64,000 bases of DNA, taken from Antedon mediterranea. Its lineage: Eukaryota > Animalia > Echinodermata. The notes below the pieces were generated by a model, which saw only the letters and a program-made list of their open reading frames with translations, ran no database searches and was not told the DNA's origin. Location of the stretch: positions 17,997,365 through 18,061,364 of the forward strand of contig NC_092678.1 of NCBI RefSeq assembly GCF_964355755.1, given 5' to 3'. How positions within the stretch are numbered: position 1 is the first letter of the stretch; each line of letters begins with the position of its first letter. This document shows positions 35,820 to 50,478 of this stretch, in pieces. The translations under genes and the position numbers were made by a program.

Positions 35820-38800
35820 ATGAGAATACTAAGATGCTGAACGGGTGATTTTTTTACATGAAAATGAGAATACCAAGATATGAAAAGGTGACTGAAATGA
35901 GAATACTAAGATACTGAAAAGTGGATTGAAAATGAGAATATTAAGATACTGAAAAGTGGATTGAAAATGAGAATACTAAGATACTGAAAAGTGGACTGAA
36001 AGGAGAATACCAAGATACTGAAAAGTGGACTGAAAGGAGAATACCAAGATACTGAAAAGTGCACTGAAAATGAGAATACTAAGATACTGAAAAGTGCACT
36101 GAAAATGAGAATACTAAGATACTGAAAAGGAGACTGAAAGGAGAATACCAAGATACTGAAAAGAGGACTGAAAGGAGAATACTAAGATACTGAAAAAAGG
36201 ACTGAAAGGAGAATACCAAGATACTGAAAAGGGGACTGAAAGGAGAATACTAAGATACTGAAAAGGGGACTGAAAGGAGAATACCAAGATACTGAAAATG
36301 GGACTGAAAGGAGAATACTAAGATACTGAAAAGGGGACTGAAAGGAGAATACCAAGATACTGAAAAGGGGACTGAAAGGAGAATACCAAGATACTGAAAA
36401 GGGGACTGAAAGGAGAATACTAAGATACTGAAAAGGGGACTGAAAGGAGAATACCAAGATACTGAAAAGGGGACTGAAAGGAGAATACCAAGATACTGAA
36501 AAGGGGACTGAAAGGAGAATACTAAGATACTGAAAAGGGGACTGAAAGGAGAATACCAAGATACTGAAAAGGGGACTGAAAGGAGAATACTAAGATACTG
36601 AAAAGGGGACTGAAAGGAGAATACCAAGATACTGAAAAGGGGACTGAAAGGAGAATACTAAGATACTGAAAAGGAGACTGAAAGGAGAATACCAAGATAC
36701 TGAAAAGGGGACTGAAAGGAGAATACCAAGATACTGAAAAGGGGACTGAAAGGAGAATACCAAGATACTGAAAAGGGAACTGAAAATGAGAATACTAAGA
36801 TACTGAAAAGGGGACTGAAAGGAGAATACCAAGATACTGAAAAGGGGACTGAAAGGAGAATACCAAGATACTGAAAAGGGGACTGAAAGGAGAATACCAA
36901 GATACTGAAAAGGGGACTGAAAGGAGAATACTAAGATACTGAAAAGGGGACTGAAAGGAGAATACCAAGATACTGAAAAGGGGACTGAAAGGAGAATACC
37001 AAGATACTGAAAAGGGGACTGAAAGGAGAATACTAAGATACTGAAAAGGGGACTGAAAGGAGAATACCAAGATACTGAAAAGGGAACTGAAAATGAGAAT
37101 ACTAAGATACTGAAAAGGGGACTGAAAGGAGAATACCAAGATACTGAAAAGGGGACTGAAAATACTAAGATACTGAAAAGGGGACTGAAAGGAGAATACC
37201 AAGATACTGAAAAGGGGACTGAAAGGAGAATACCAAGATACTGAAAAGGGGACTGAAAGGAGAATACCAAGATACTGAAAAGGGGACTGAAAGGAGAATA
37301 CCAAGATACTGAAAGGGGGACTGAAAGGAGAATACCAAGATACTGAAAGGGGGACTGAAAGGAGAATACTAACATACTGAAAAGGGGACTGAAAGGAGAA
37401 TACCAAGATACTGAAAAGGGGACTGAAAGGAGAATACCAAGATACTGAAAAGGGGACTGAAAGGAGAATACCAAGATACTGAAAAGGGGACTGAAAGGAG
37501 AATACTAAGATACTGAAAAGGGGACTGAAAGGAGAATACCAAGATACTGAAAAGGGGACTGAAAGGAGAATACCAAGATACTGAAAAGGGAACTGAAAAT
37601 GAGAATACTAAGATACTGAAAAGGGGACTGAAAGGAGAATACCAAGATACTGAAAGGGGGACTGAAAGGAGAATACCAAGATACTGAAAAGGGGACTGAA
37701 AGGAGAATATAAGATACTGAAAAGGGGACTGAAAGGAGAATACCAAGATACTGAAAAGGGGACTGAAAGGAGAATACCAAGATACTAAAAAGAGGACTGA
37801 AAGGAGAATACCAAGATACTGAAAAGGGGACTGAAAGGAGAATACTAAGATACTGAAAAGGAGACTGAAAGGAGAATACCAAGATACTGAAAAGGGGACT
37901 GAAAGGAGAATACCAAGATACTGAAAAGGGGACTGAAAGGAGAATACTAAGATACTGAAAAGGGGACTGAAAGGAGAATACCAAGATACTGAAAAGGGGA
38001 CTGAAAGGAGAATACCAAGATACTGAAAAGGGGACTGAAAGGAGAATACTAAGATACTGAAAAGAGGACTGAAAGGAGAATACCAAGATACTGAAAAGGG
38101 GACTGAAAGGAGAATACCAAGATACTGAAAAGGGGACTGAAAGGAGAATACTAAGATACTGAAAAGGGGACTGAAAGGAGAATACCAAGATACTGAAAAG
38201 GGGACTGAAAGGAGAATACCAAGATACTGAAAAGGGGACTGAAAGGAGAATACTAAGATACTGAAAAGGGGACTGAAAGGAGAATACCAAGATACTGAAA
38301 AGGGGACTGAAAGGAGAATACCAAGATACTGAAAAGGGGACTGAAAGGAGAATACTAAGATACTGAAAAGGGGACTGAAAGGAGAATACCAAGATACTGA
38401 AAAGGGGACTGAAAGGAGAATACCAAGATACTGAAAAGGGGACTGAAAGGAGAATACTAAGATACTGAAAAGGGGACTGAAAGGAGAATACCAAGATACT
38501 GAAAAGGGGACTGAAAGGAGAATACCAAGATACTGAAAAGGGGACTGAAAGGAGAATACCAAGATACTGAAAAGGGGACTGAAAGGAGAATACCAAGATA
38601 CTGAAAAGGGGACTGAAAGGAGAATACTAAGATACTGAAAAGGGGACTGAAAGGAGAATACTAAGATACTGAAAAGGGGACTGAAAGGAGAATACTAAGA
38701 TACTGAAAAGGGGACTGAAAGGAGAATACTAAGATACTGAAAAGGGGACTGACATGAGAATACTAAGATACTGAAAAGGGGACTGAAAGGAGAATACCAA

Positions 38801-41800
38801 GATACTGAAAAGGGGACTGAAAGGAGAATACTAAGATACTGAAAAGGGGACTGAAAGGAGAATACTAAGATACTGAAAAGGGGACTGACATGAAAATACT
38901 AAGATACTGAAAAGGGGACTGAAAGGAGAATACTAAGATACTGAAAAGGGGACTGACATGAGAATACTAAGATACTGAAAAGGGGACTGAAAGGAGAATA
39001 CCAAGATACTGAAAAGGGGACTGAAAGGAGAATACTAAGATACTGAAAAGGGGACTGAAAGGAGAATACTAAGATACTGAAAAGGGGACTGACATGAGAA
39101 TACTAAGATACTGAAAAGGGGACTGAAAGGAGAATACTAAGATACTGAAAAGGGGACTGAAAGGAGAATACTAAGATACTGAAAAGGGGACTGACATGAG
39201 AATACTAAGATACTGAAAAGGGGACTGAAAGGAGAATACCAAGATACTGAAAAGGGGACTGAAAGGAGAATATAAGATACTGAAAAGGGGACTGAAAGGA
39301 GAATACCAAGATACTGAAAAGGGGACTGAAAGGAGAATACCAAGATACTAAAAAGAGGACTGAAAGGAGAATACCAAGATACTGAAAAGGGGACTGAAAG
39401 GAGAATACTAAGATACTGAAAAGGAGACTGAAAGGAGAATACCAAGATACTGAAAAGGGGACTGAAAGGAGAATACCAAGATACTGAAAAGGGGACTGAA
39501 AGGAGAATACTAAGATACTGAAAAGGGGACTGAAAGGAGAATACCAAGATACTGAAAAGGGGACTGAAAGGAGAATACCAAGATACTGAAAAGGGGACTG
39601 AAAGGAGAATACTAAGATACTGAAAAGAGGACTGAAAGGAGAATACCAAGATACTGAAAAGGGGACTGAAAGGAGAATACCAAGATACTGAAAAGGGGAC
39701 TGAAAGGAGAATACTAAGATACTGAAAAGGGGACTGAAAGGAGAATACCAAGATACTGAAAAGGGGACTGAAAGGAGAATACCAAGATACTGAAAAGGGG
39801 ACTGAAAGGAGAATACTAAGATACTGAAAAGGGGACTGAAAGGAGAATACCAAGATACTGAAAAGGGGACTGAAAGGAGAATACCAAGATACTGAAAAGG
39901 GGACTGAAAGGAGAATACTAAGATACTGAAAAGGGGACTGAAAGGAGAATACCAAGATACTGAAAAGGGGACTGAAAAGAGAATACCAAGATACTGAAAA
40001 GGGGACTGAAAGGAGAATACTAAGATACTGAAAAGGGGACTGAAAGGAGAATACCAAGATACTGAAAAGGGGACTGAAAGGAGAATACCAAGATACTGAA
40101 AAGGGGACTGAAAGGAGAATACCAAGATACTGAAAAGGGGACTGAAAGGAGAATACCAAGATACTGAAAAGTGGACTGAAAGGAGAATACTAAGATACTG
40201 AAAAGGGGACTGAAAGGAGAATACTAAGATACTGAAAAGGGGACTGAAAGGAGAATACTAAGATACTGAAAAGGGGACTGAAAGGAGAATACTAAGATAC
40301 TGAAAAGGGGACTGACATGAGAATACTAAGATACTGAAAAGGGGACTGAAAGGAGAATACCAAGATACTGAAAAGGGGACTGAAAGGAGAATACTAAGAT
40401 ACTGAAAAGGGGACTGAAAGGAGAATACTAAGATACTGAAAAGGGGACTGACATGAGAATACTAAGATACTGAAAAGGGGACTGAAAGGAGAATACTAAG
40501 ATACTGAAAAGGGGACTGACATGAGAATACTAAGATACTGAAAAGGGGACTGAAAGGAGAATACCAAGATACTGAAAAGGGGACTGAAAGGAGAATACTA
40601 AGATACTGAAAAGGGGACTGAAAGGAGAATACTAAGATACTGAAAAGGGGACTGACATGAGAATACTAAGATACTGAAAAGGGGACTGAAAGGAGAATAC
40701 TAAGATACTGAAAAGGGGACTGAAAGGAGAATACTAAGATACTGAAAAGGGGACTGACATGAGAATACTAAGATACTGAAAAGGGGACTGAAAGGAGAAT
40801 ACCAAGATACTGAAAAGGGGACTGAAAGGAGAATATAAGATACTGAAAAGGGGACTGAAAGGAGAATACCAAGATACTGAAAAGGGGACTGAAAGGAGAA
40901 TACCAAGATACTAAAAAGAGGACTGAAAGGAGAATACCAAGATACTGAAAAGGGGACTGAAAGGAGAATACTAAGATACTGAAAAGGAGACTGAAAGGAG
41001 AATACCAAGATACTGAAAAGGGGACTGAAAGGAGAATACCAAGATACTGAAAAGGGGACTGAAAGGAGAATACTAAGATACTGAAAAGGGGACTGAAAGG
41101 AGAATACCAAGATACTGAGAAGGGGACTGAAAGGAGAATACCAAGATACTGAAAAGGGGACTGAAAGGAGAATACTAAGATACTGAAAAGAGGACTGAAA
41201 GGAGAATACCAAGATACTGAAAAGGGGACTGAAAGGAGAATACCAAGATACTGAAAAGGGGACTGAAAGGAGAATACTAAGATACTGAAAAGGGGACTGA
41301 AAGGAGAATACCAAGATACTGAAAAGGGGACTGAAAGGAGAATACCAAGATACTGAAAAGGGGACTGAAAGGAGAATACTAAGATACTGAAAAGGGGACT
41401 GAAAGGAGAATACCAAGATACTGAAAAGGGGACTGAAAGGAGAATACTAAGATACTGAAAAGGGGACTGAAAGGAGAATACTAAGATACTGAAAAGGGGA
41501 CTGACATGAGAATACTAAGATACTGAAAAGGGGACTGAAAGGAGAATACTAAGATACTGAAAAGGGGACTGACATGAGAATACTAAGATACTGAAAAGGG
41601 GACTGAAAGGAGAATACCAAGATACTGAAAAGGGGACTGAAAGGAGAATACTAAGATACTGAAAAGGGGACTGAAAGGAGAATACTAAGATACTGAAAAG
41701 GGGACTGAAAGGAGAATACCAAGATACTGAAAAGGGGACTGAAAGGAGAATACTAAGATACTGAAAAGGGGACTGAAAGGAGAATACTAAGATACTGAAA

Positions 41801-44307
41801 AGGGGACTGAAAGGAGAATACTAAGATACTGAAAAGGAGACTGAAAGGAGAATACTAAGATACTGAAAAGGGGACTGACATGAGAATACTAAGATACTGA
41901 AAAGGGGACTGAAAGGAGAATACTAAGATACTGAAAAGGGGACTGAAAGGAGAATACTAAGATACTGAAAAGGGGACTGAAAGGAGAATACTAAGATACT
42001 GAAAAGGGGACTGACATGAGAATACTAAGATACTGAAAAGGGGACTGAAAGGAGAATACTAAGATACTGAAAAGGGGACTGACATGAGAATACTAAGATA
42101 CTGAAAAGGGGACTGAAAGGAGAATACCAAGATACTGAAAAGGGGACTGAAAGGAGAATACTAAGATACTGAAAAGGGGACTGAAAGGAGAATACTAAGA
42201 TACTGAAAAGGGGACTGACATGAGAATACTAAGATACTGAAAAGGGGACTGAAAGGAGAATACTAAGATACTGAAAAGGAGACTGAAAGGAGAATACTAA
42301 GATACTGAAAAGGGGACTGACATGAGAATACTAAGATACTGAAAAGGGGACTGAAAGGAGAATACTAAGATACTGAAAAGGGGACTGAAAGGAGAATACT
42401 AAGATACTGAAAAGGGGACTGAAAGGAGAATACTAAGATACTGAAAAGGGGACTGACATGAGAATACTAAGATACTGAAAAGGGGACTGAAAGGAGAATA
42501 CTAAGATACTGAAAAGGGGACTGACATGAGAATACTAAGATACTGAAAAGGGGACTGAAAGGAGAATACCAAGATACTGAAAAGGGGACTGAAAGGAGAA
42601 TACTAAGATACTGAAAAGGGGACTGAAAGGAGAATACTAAGATACTGAAAAGGGGACTGACATGAGAATACTAAGATACTGAAAAGGGGACTGAAAGGAG
42701 AATACTAAGATACTGAAAAGGGGACTGACATGAGAATACTAAGATACTGAAAAGGGGACTGAAAGGAGAATACCAAGATACTGAAAAGGGGACTGAAAGG
42801 AGAATACTAAGATACTGAAAAGGGGACTGAAAGGAGAATACTAAGATACTGAAAAGGGGACTGAAAGGAGAATACCAAGATACTGAAAAGGGGACTGAAA
42901 GGAGAATACTAAGATACTGAAAAGGGGACTGAAAGGAAAATACTAAGATACTGAAAAGGGGACTGAAAGGAGAATACTAAGATACTGAAAAGGAGACTGA
43001 AAGGAGAATACTAAGATACTGAAAAGGGGACTGACATGAGAATACTAAGATACTGAAAAGGGGACTGAAAGGAGAATACTAAGATACTGAAAAGGGGACT
43101 GAAAGGAGAATACTAAGATACTGAAAAGGGGACTGAAAGGAGAATACTAAGATACTGAAAAGGGGACTGACATGAGAATACTAAGATACTGAAAAGGGGA
43201 CTGAAAGGAGAATACTAAGATACTGAAAAGGGGACTGACATGAGAATACTAAGATACTGAAAAGGGGACTGAAAGGAGAATACCAAGATACTGAAAAGGG
43301 GACTGAAAGGAGAATACTAAGATACTGAAAAGGGGACTGAAAGGAGAATACTAAGATACTGAAAAGGGGACTGACATGAGAATACTAAGATACTGAAAAG
43401 GGGACTGAAAGGAGAATACTAAGATACTGAAAAGGAGACTGAAAGGAGAATACTAAGATACTGAAAAGGGGACTGACATGAGAATACTAAGATACTGAAA
43501 AGGGGACTGAAAGGAGAATACTAAGATACTGAAAAGGGGACTGAAAGTAGAATACTAAGATACTGAAAAGGGGACTGAAAGGAGAATACTAAGATACTGA
43601 AAAGGGGACTGACATGAGAATACTAAGATACTGAAAAGGGGACTGAAAGGAGAATACTAAGATACTGAAAAGGGGACTGACATGAGAATACTAAGATACT
43701 GAAAAGGGGACTGAAAGGAGAATACCAAGATACTGAAAAGGGGACTGAAAGGAGAATACTAAGATACTGAAAAGGGGACTGAAAGGAGAATACTAAGATA
43801 CTGAAAAGGGGACTGACATGAGAAGACTAAGATACTGAAAAGGGGACTGACATGAGAATACTAAGATACTGAAAAGGGGACTGAAAGGAGAATACTAAGA
43901 TACTGAAAAGGGGACTGAAAGGAGAATACTAAGATACTGAAAAGGGGACTGAAAGGAGAATACTAAGATACTGAAAAGGGGACTGACATGAGAATACTAA
44001 GATACTGAAAAGGGGACTGAAAGGAGAATACTAAGATACTGAAAAGGGGACTGACATGAGAATACTAAGATACTGAAAAGGGGACTGAAAGGAGAATACC
44101 AAGATACTGAAAAGGGGACTGAAAGGAGAATACTAAGATACTGAAAAGGGGACTGAAAGGAGAATACTAAGATACTGAAAAGGGGACTGACATGAGAATA
44201 CTAAGATACTGAAAAGGGGACTGACATGAGAATACTAAGATACTGAAAAGGGGACTGAAAGGAGAATACTAAGATACTGAAAAGGGGACTGAAAATACTA
44301 AGATACT
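35820..44307. repeat. Minisatellite/satellite, ~250 copies of 34-bp unit AAGATACTGAAAAGGGGACTGAAAGGAGAATAC(C/T), with higher-order repeats
   Basis: Direct reading; variants ATACC/ATACT, GACTGACATGAG and AAGGAGAC; degenerate AT-richer left edge. Confidence 0.99.
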
Positions 44308-46009
44308 CCAATAATACCCTTTTTACCTGAGATATTATATGGGGAAATACATCAATGAAAGTCTGGTAAAATGTAATGATAAATCATTTGTAATCAGTTA
44401 AATAAATTGTACAACATGTGGACGTATTTAAAAAGCAATTATAAGCATCATATTTTATGAATGGATAATACCAGTAATGAAACATAGCTGTGAGAATTAG
44501 TCATTTCAAACAAAAATTACTAATTAACAACTCCATTTTCAATCGTTTAAATGAACGAGCTTTTGCACTTAGCAAATTTATCTTTACGTTATCATCATTT
44601 ATGATAATACAGATAATGAAAGTCCTACTCAATATTCCAGTCCATCCCCATCAAGAAAAAATACTGATCTTGAAATGTGTTTCAAATCGACGTGAATTAT
44701 GATTGGTTTTTTTTTGTGAAAATTACTAAGAACGATGATTAATATTAAGATAAAAATTATTAAAACTGAAAATGACAGGGATCAGTCAAAAACGTGACGG
44801 CTGAGGCGTGAAACGACTCGGTTTAATCACAGCTAAATGACCTAAAAGGTTATCACGTTTATTCCTTACAAGCGAAGATCAATATATAAGAATAACATTT
44901 CTCTACGCAATTATTATTAAGAACATTTGTCTTATGATATAGTGTGAACATCACGTTATCATAAATTTGTTGGCGTTAAACGCTTGGTGTCAGAATATTT
45001 GTCTATTGCCCTTTTAAAAGATTACTTCACAAAACCTCGATTTTTGTATACACAGTGATTTAAATATCTAGCCGATTCCCTATTTATATTGCCAAGTTTC
45101 ATAGGTAAATTAATACAATGTATCACATGTGACGCTTAATATTAACCGTAATATAATTCAGACATTACATGTGACACACTATTATGTGACACTGTATTAT
45201 AAAATTTTCCATGATAATGCACGTTAAGATACAGTTAAAATAATCCGAGCATTACTAACTAGATAGAACTGATAACATCAAAGAAGGGCATCCACCGACA
45301 GACATAGTGAGCTGTAGAGACTAAAAATACGATAAACCTGCTTTTTTGGTTCCCGGTACATGATGTATCCTGAATACACATATCACGTTATTCCGTGTAT
45401 GAGATACGAACCTAGTATCTAATACAGCCAGATACGTATCTAGACGACTTGCGATAGTCAGTTAGACTCTATCTAGTGATCTGCAGAATCAGAGTTGGTT
45501 GACCTTTTTCTTTTTTTGATGAACACATTTAAACACATTGTTGGTAAGGAGTTAATGGTTTTAATTAACTTATATTTAAATAATCAAAAAGTGGTGTAAG
45601 ACGAAAGCAGTATTACCTGTACCCATATTTTTCTTTAGATATTAAAAGACGGTATGTTCATATACAATAATTTTAACCTAGCTTTCTCATAATACTGTAT
45701 AAGCTATTGATATCCATACAAAGGCAAGTAATTATAACACATAACACGTGTATGCTGTAGATATACCTTAGTATAGTGTTTTAATTACTTTTAAATAAAC
45801 AATGCATTATCTTTCCATAAACACATTATACCGACGATGGAGGAGTGGCCATTTCTTTTTAAACATCCGTTCAATGGTGAGATTACAACAACATCGTTGT
45901 TTTTATTTTCAAATTGCCTTTCTGCCAATCCCTGCAACATTAACAACTGAATTCGTAAGTACAACGTGTTATGAAAATGTTGATCAAACAACTAGTTAAT
46001 CGCTCTCCC

Positions 46010-47557
46010 TTTGATGTACATCATTGACACAACACCAGTATCATATATTTTGAATTTTCCATTGGCACCCCACCAGTATCCTCTCATTTAGAGTACATCA
46101 ATGACACCCAACCAGTATCCTCTCTTTTAGAGTACATCTTTAACACCCCACCAGTATCCTCTCATTTAGAGTACATTTTTGACACCCCACCAGTATCCTC
46201 TCATTTAGAGTACATCAGTGACACCCCACCGGTATCCTGTCTTTTAGAGTACATCAATGACACCCCACCAGTATCCTCTCTTTTAGAGTACATCTTTGAC
46301 ACAGCACCAGTATCCTCTCTTTTAGAGTACATCTTTGACACAGCACCAGTATCCTCTCTTTTAGAGTACATCTTTGACACAGCACCACTATCCTCTCTTT
46401 TAGAGTACATCAATGACACCCCACCAGTATCCTCTCTTTTAGAGTACATCAATGACACCCCACCAGTATCCTCTCTTTTAGAGTACATCAATGACACCCC
46501 ACCAGTATCCTCTCTTTTAGAGTACATCAATGACACCTCACCAGTATCCTCTCTTTTAGAGTACATCAATGACACCCCACCAGTATCCTCTCATTTAGAG
46601 TACATTTTTGACACCCCACCAGTATCCTCTCTTTTAGAGTACATCAGTGACACCCCACCGGTATCCTGTCTTTTAGAGTACATCAATTACACCCCACCAG
46701 TATCCTCTCTTTTAGAGTACATCAATGACATCCCACCAGTCCTCTCTTTTAGAGTACATCAATGACAGCACAGGTATCCTCTTTTTGTAGTTCATAATTG
46801 ACACACCACCAGTATCCTCTCTCTTTGGAGTACATCAAAGACACCCCACCAATATCCTCTCTTTTAGAGTACATCAATGACACCGCACCACTATCCTCTC
46901 TTTTAGAGTACATCTTTGACACAGCACCAGTATCCTCTCTTTTAGAGTACATCTTTGACACCGCACCAGTATCCTCTCTTTTAGAGTACATTTGACACCG
47001 CACCGGTATCCTCTCTTTTAGAGTACATTTGACACCGCACCGGTATCCTCTCTTTTAGAGTACATCAATGACACCGCACCACTATCCTCTCTTTTAGAGT
47101 ACATCAATGACACCGCACCACTATCCTCTCTTTTAGAGTACATCAATGACACCCAACCAGTATCCTCTCTTTTAGAGTACATCAATGGCACCCCCCCCCC
47201 CCCCCCCCACCGTATCCTCTCTTTTAGAGTACATTTGACACCACACCGGTATCCTCTCTTTTAGAGTACATTTGACACCGCACCGGTATCCTCTCTTTTA
47301 GAGTACATCAATGACACCCAACCAGTATCCTCTCTTTTAGAGTACATCAATGGCACCCCCCCCCCCCCCCCCACCGTATCCTCTCTTTTAGAGTACATTT
47401 GACACCGCACCGGTATCCTCTCTTTTAGAATACATTTGACACCGCACCGGTATCCTCTCTTTTAGAGTATATCTTTGACACCGCACCAGTATCCTCTCTT
47501 TTAGAGTACATTTGACACCGCACCGGTATCCTCTCTTTTAGGGTACATCTTTGACAG
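46010..47557. repeat. Minisatellite, ~40 copies of 39-bp unit CACCAGTATCCTCTCTTTTAGAGTACATCAATGACACCC (37-bp variants on the right)
   Basis: Direct reading; two poly-C expansions near 47190 and 47356 in a duplicated sub-block. Confidence 0.98.
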
Positions 47558-48254
47558 TTACTATTTAAGAAGAACATAATTAGGTGTTAATTGATTTTAA
47601 TTTGAAAAACGAATATAGATTTTTTTTTTGGATATTGAAGTGTATCACAAAGATATTCATTGTTTAGTTTGCATGTGGTTATATGCCTACGGGAAGCAGG
47701 AAAGACACGCGGTTTTGTTTTTCCTTCCTTGGCTCCATGTTTCTTCCATTTACCTTTGCAAACTTCCTGTTTAACAGGTGAATAAACTACACAGGTTAGA
47801 AGCTACACTATAATATTCTTAATAAGCGCAGTGGGGTAGGCCTACAGATTTTAATGCAACAAAACTTTTCATGAAACAATTGGAAAAAATATAAAAACAA
47901 CACAAAATTATAAAAATGGGTAAAATACTGACAGATGATAATTATCCATAATAAAATACAAATAACTTTAAAATGTTATCCTAATTAAAATAATTGGTTT
48001 TTATTATGTTTATATTGACTAAAATGATATACAGTACTAGTTATTATATTATGTTGTCTCACAGTAAACACAATTTAGAATATAAACAGGTCTGAAGTAA
48101 AGCAGAAGTGTAAGTTTAATTTTATTGATAGGTGTATTTTTGTCTAAAACTTTTTTTTTAAGTTTTAGCCTACGTTAAACTATCAATATAAGGCCTACTA
48201 CTGTTATTGTTAGCCTTGTTTTAGTTTTGCTATTAACTATCAAGTCAACTCTTT

Positions 48255-48610
48255 TAATATCTTGCAAGTCCAAGTTATCTTATACTCAGGTCTACAGTAA
48301 TGTATACAGCAGCATTTAGATAAATAATTCAATTTCATATATTTATACATGCTTTTTTGCTGATAGACAATAATGTGCACAACATCAACTTATTTCTCCA
48401 TGGTTTAACACAATTAACTTAATGTTAGAACAAGTCAAGGAAATCTTGCAAGTCTTAGTTATAATATTATACTCCAGGCCTACAGCAATTAGATAAATAT
48501 TGACTTATATATTTATAAATTGTTTTGTGCTGGATACAAAATCAACTTACTTCTCCGTGGTTTAACACAATTTACTTACTGTTAGAACATGTAGAAGTCA
48601 ACGAAATCTG
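48255..48610. repeat. Tandem duplication, 2 x ~180 bp
   Basis: ATCTTGCAAGTC...ATCAACTTA.TTCTCC.TGGTTTAACACAATT.ACTTA.TGTTAGAACA repeated. Confidence 0.8.
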
Positions 48611-50372
48611 ACTTTAACAATAAAATAAATATCTAAAAAAATACGGTGATTAGAAATACATTAGTACATTGTGATAATACATTACTAAAGTGCCTTTAGC
48701 ATGCTAATCCACTAATTGAAATCTAGCTGTCAATATTAACGTAACGAGTATCTACTTCTGAAGAAAAACTAGTTATTTGACTGCAGTGAAGTAACCTGCA
48801 GGGTGTTCAAACACATCGTTTTTAAGTTCATTGTCAGAGATAGAATATACAACCGTTCCATCAAGTAAACATCATCTTCAAAACCTTCTTTTTTACAAAT
48901 TGATCGAAATATGACTCCGTATCTAGAACATTACTCCCCCTAGCGCATGCAGAAATTGAAACAGATTTTTGTTGTTGACCAGGAATGTGTAAAACTTGAT
49001 ATTGTCTGCCATATAATTTGATACCTTGTAATTATTACTGCATACAATGTTTCAATTATAAGTTTTCTTATCTTGTAATGCAATATTACGGAAAGTTTGT
49101 ACATCGTATGTAAGCAAAATAGTCGGATGCTGTAATGATTTCATGTGGACCTATTAAGTTTGTGTCAATGGATTCAGTATAAAATGATAACAGTATTAAT
49201 AATTGCCATCATCATTCCATCAACATCGTGGGTATATTTATCCTGAGCCTCATCGTTCTTCTGATAATTTATTCATCAATTCATCGCTTAATCACCTTCG
49301 TCATCATCATAAGACATTATCATTATTATTGTCAACACCATCGTCAATGTGTGGGAAATATTCGGTTCATGTAACTTGTATAGTAGCGCTCTCTTGAAAA
49401 TACCTTACATTTCTCACAATAGGACATTATATAGTTATACTATGGTAGTACTAAGACCGATATGAATAAGACAGTAAAATATCGAAACAAATTATTTTAT
49501 TATCGTATATGAAAAGATCAAAGGATGACTGAATGAATAAACGTAGGAAAAATAAAAGTCTGCACAATAAAGAAAGATGATGATAATGATCATCATCATC
49601 GTAATTATCATCTTCAAAAATAATCCTCATTATCTTCATCATAAATGTAATCATCATCACCATTATCATTATAAACATCAATAATATTACCATGTGATAT
49701 AACGACTTAAATGTAGCGTTATGTGCGCGGAGTACTTATCTCCTCCCCCCCCCCCCACCCCCCCCCCCCCCACCCCCACCCCCATCTCTTTCGAATTTGC
49801 GTAGACACCTGTCAGGAGACTAACGAACGCTAACTTCGTGGTGCATCAGTGACTTTGAAGCCAATGAACAGACACAATCGCTGATGAAGCAGCTTACATT
49901 TTAAACACTTCGGAAGTCGAAAATTTAATGATTATGTCGACCGAACAAATTTTACTTTCAACGCCGTGGATTCGAATACACGTTGCGTTAGATTAGAAAT
50001 ATTTAGGCCCAGCCCACGAGCCTTTTTAATGCATATTGCACTGTCGCTTTATCTGTAAAATTAACTATCTCTAAAACTAACTCAATAATTCGAATTTATT
50101 AGTCTATCGTCTTTATTACCAATTAACATACACATAAGTAACGGATAGATTCAATGTCTAATTGGAAATAATGTTTGGATATTAAAGTAAATCAAGCCAA
50201 ACTAATTTTAATTATTAAGTATTTTAAATGTTTAAAATGTGTGGGTTTAACCAAGAACACTAATAATATTGTCCACACAATAATCGTACTGATGCTAAAC
50301 GCGTTCTTTAATATGGATAAATTAATAATTATACTAGACGGCCAGTGTCCACATTCGCATTGTGATCAATTA

Positions 50373-50478
50373 AACGCGACTCAACAGCTCACTATGTCGG
50401 TCGGTTGGTTGGTCGGTTGGTCGGTAAACACTAACTCAAATTTGCGCACGCGACTGCAGCCATGTATATGGCCTTGTT
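50373..50478 (+). mobile_element. HINE-like element, 5'-truncated copy
   Basis: ACGCGACTC.ACAGCTCACTATGTCGGTCGG...GCACGCGACTGCAGCCATGTATATGGCCTTGTT. Confidence 0.75.

Noticed and set aside
35906-41416. Long - strand ORFs (up to 397 aa, FSFQSPFQYL repeats)
   Set aside because: Translation of the 34-bp minisatellite; overlapping ORFs in several frames and unit length not a multiple of 3
35820-47557. CRISPR-like appearance of the 34- and 39-bp repeats
   Set aside because: Units are head-to-tail with no unique spacers; no cas genes; eukaryotic context
49200-49790. His/Asp-rich ORFs and poly-C run
   Set aside because: (ATC)n-type low-complexity sequence and homopolymer
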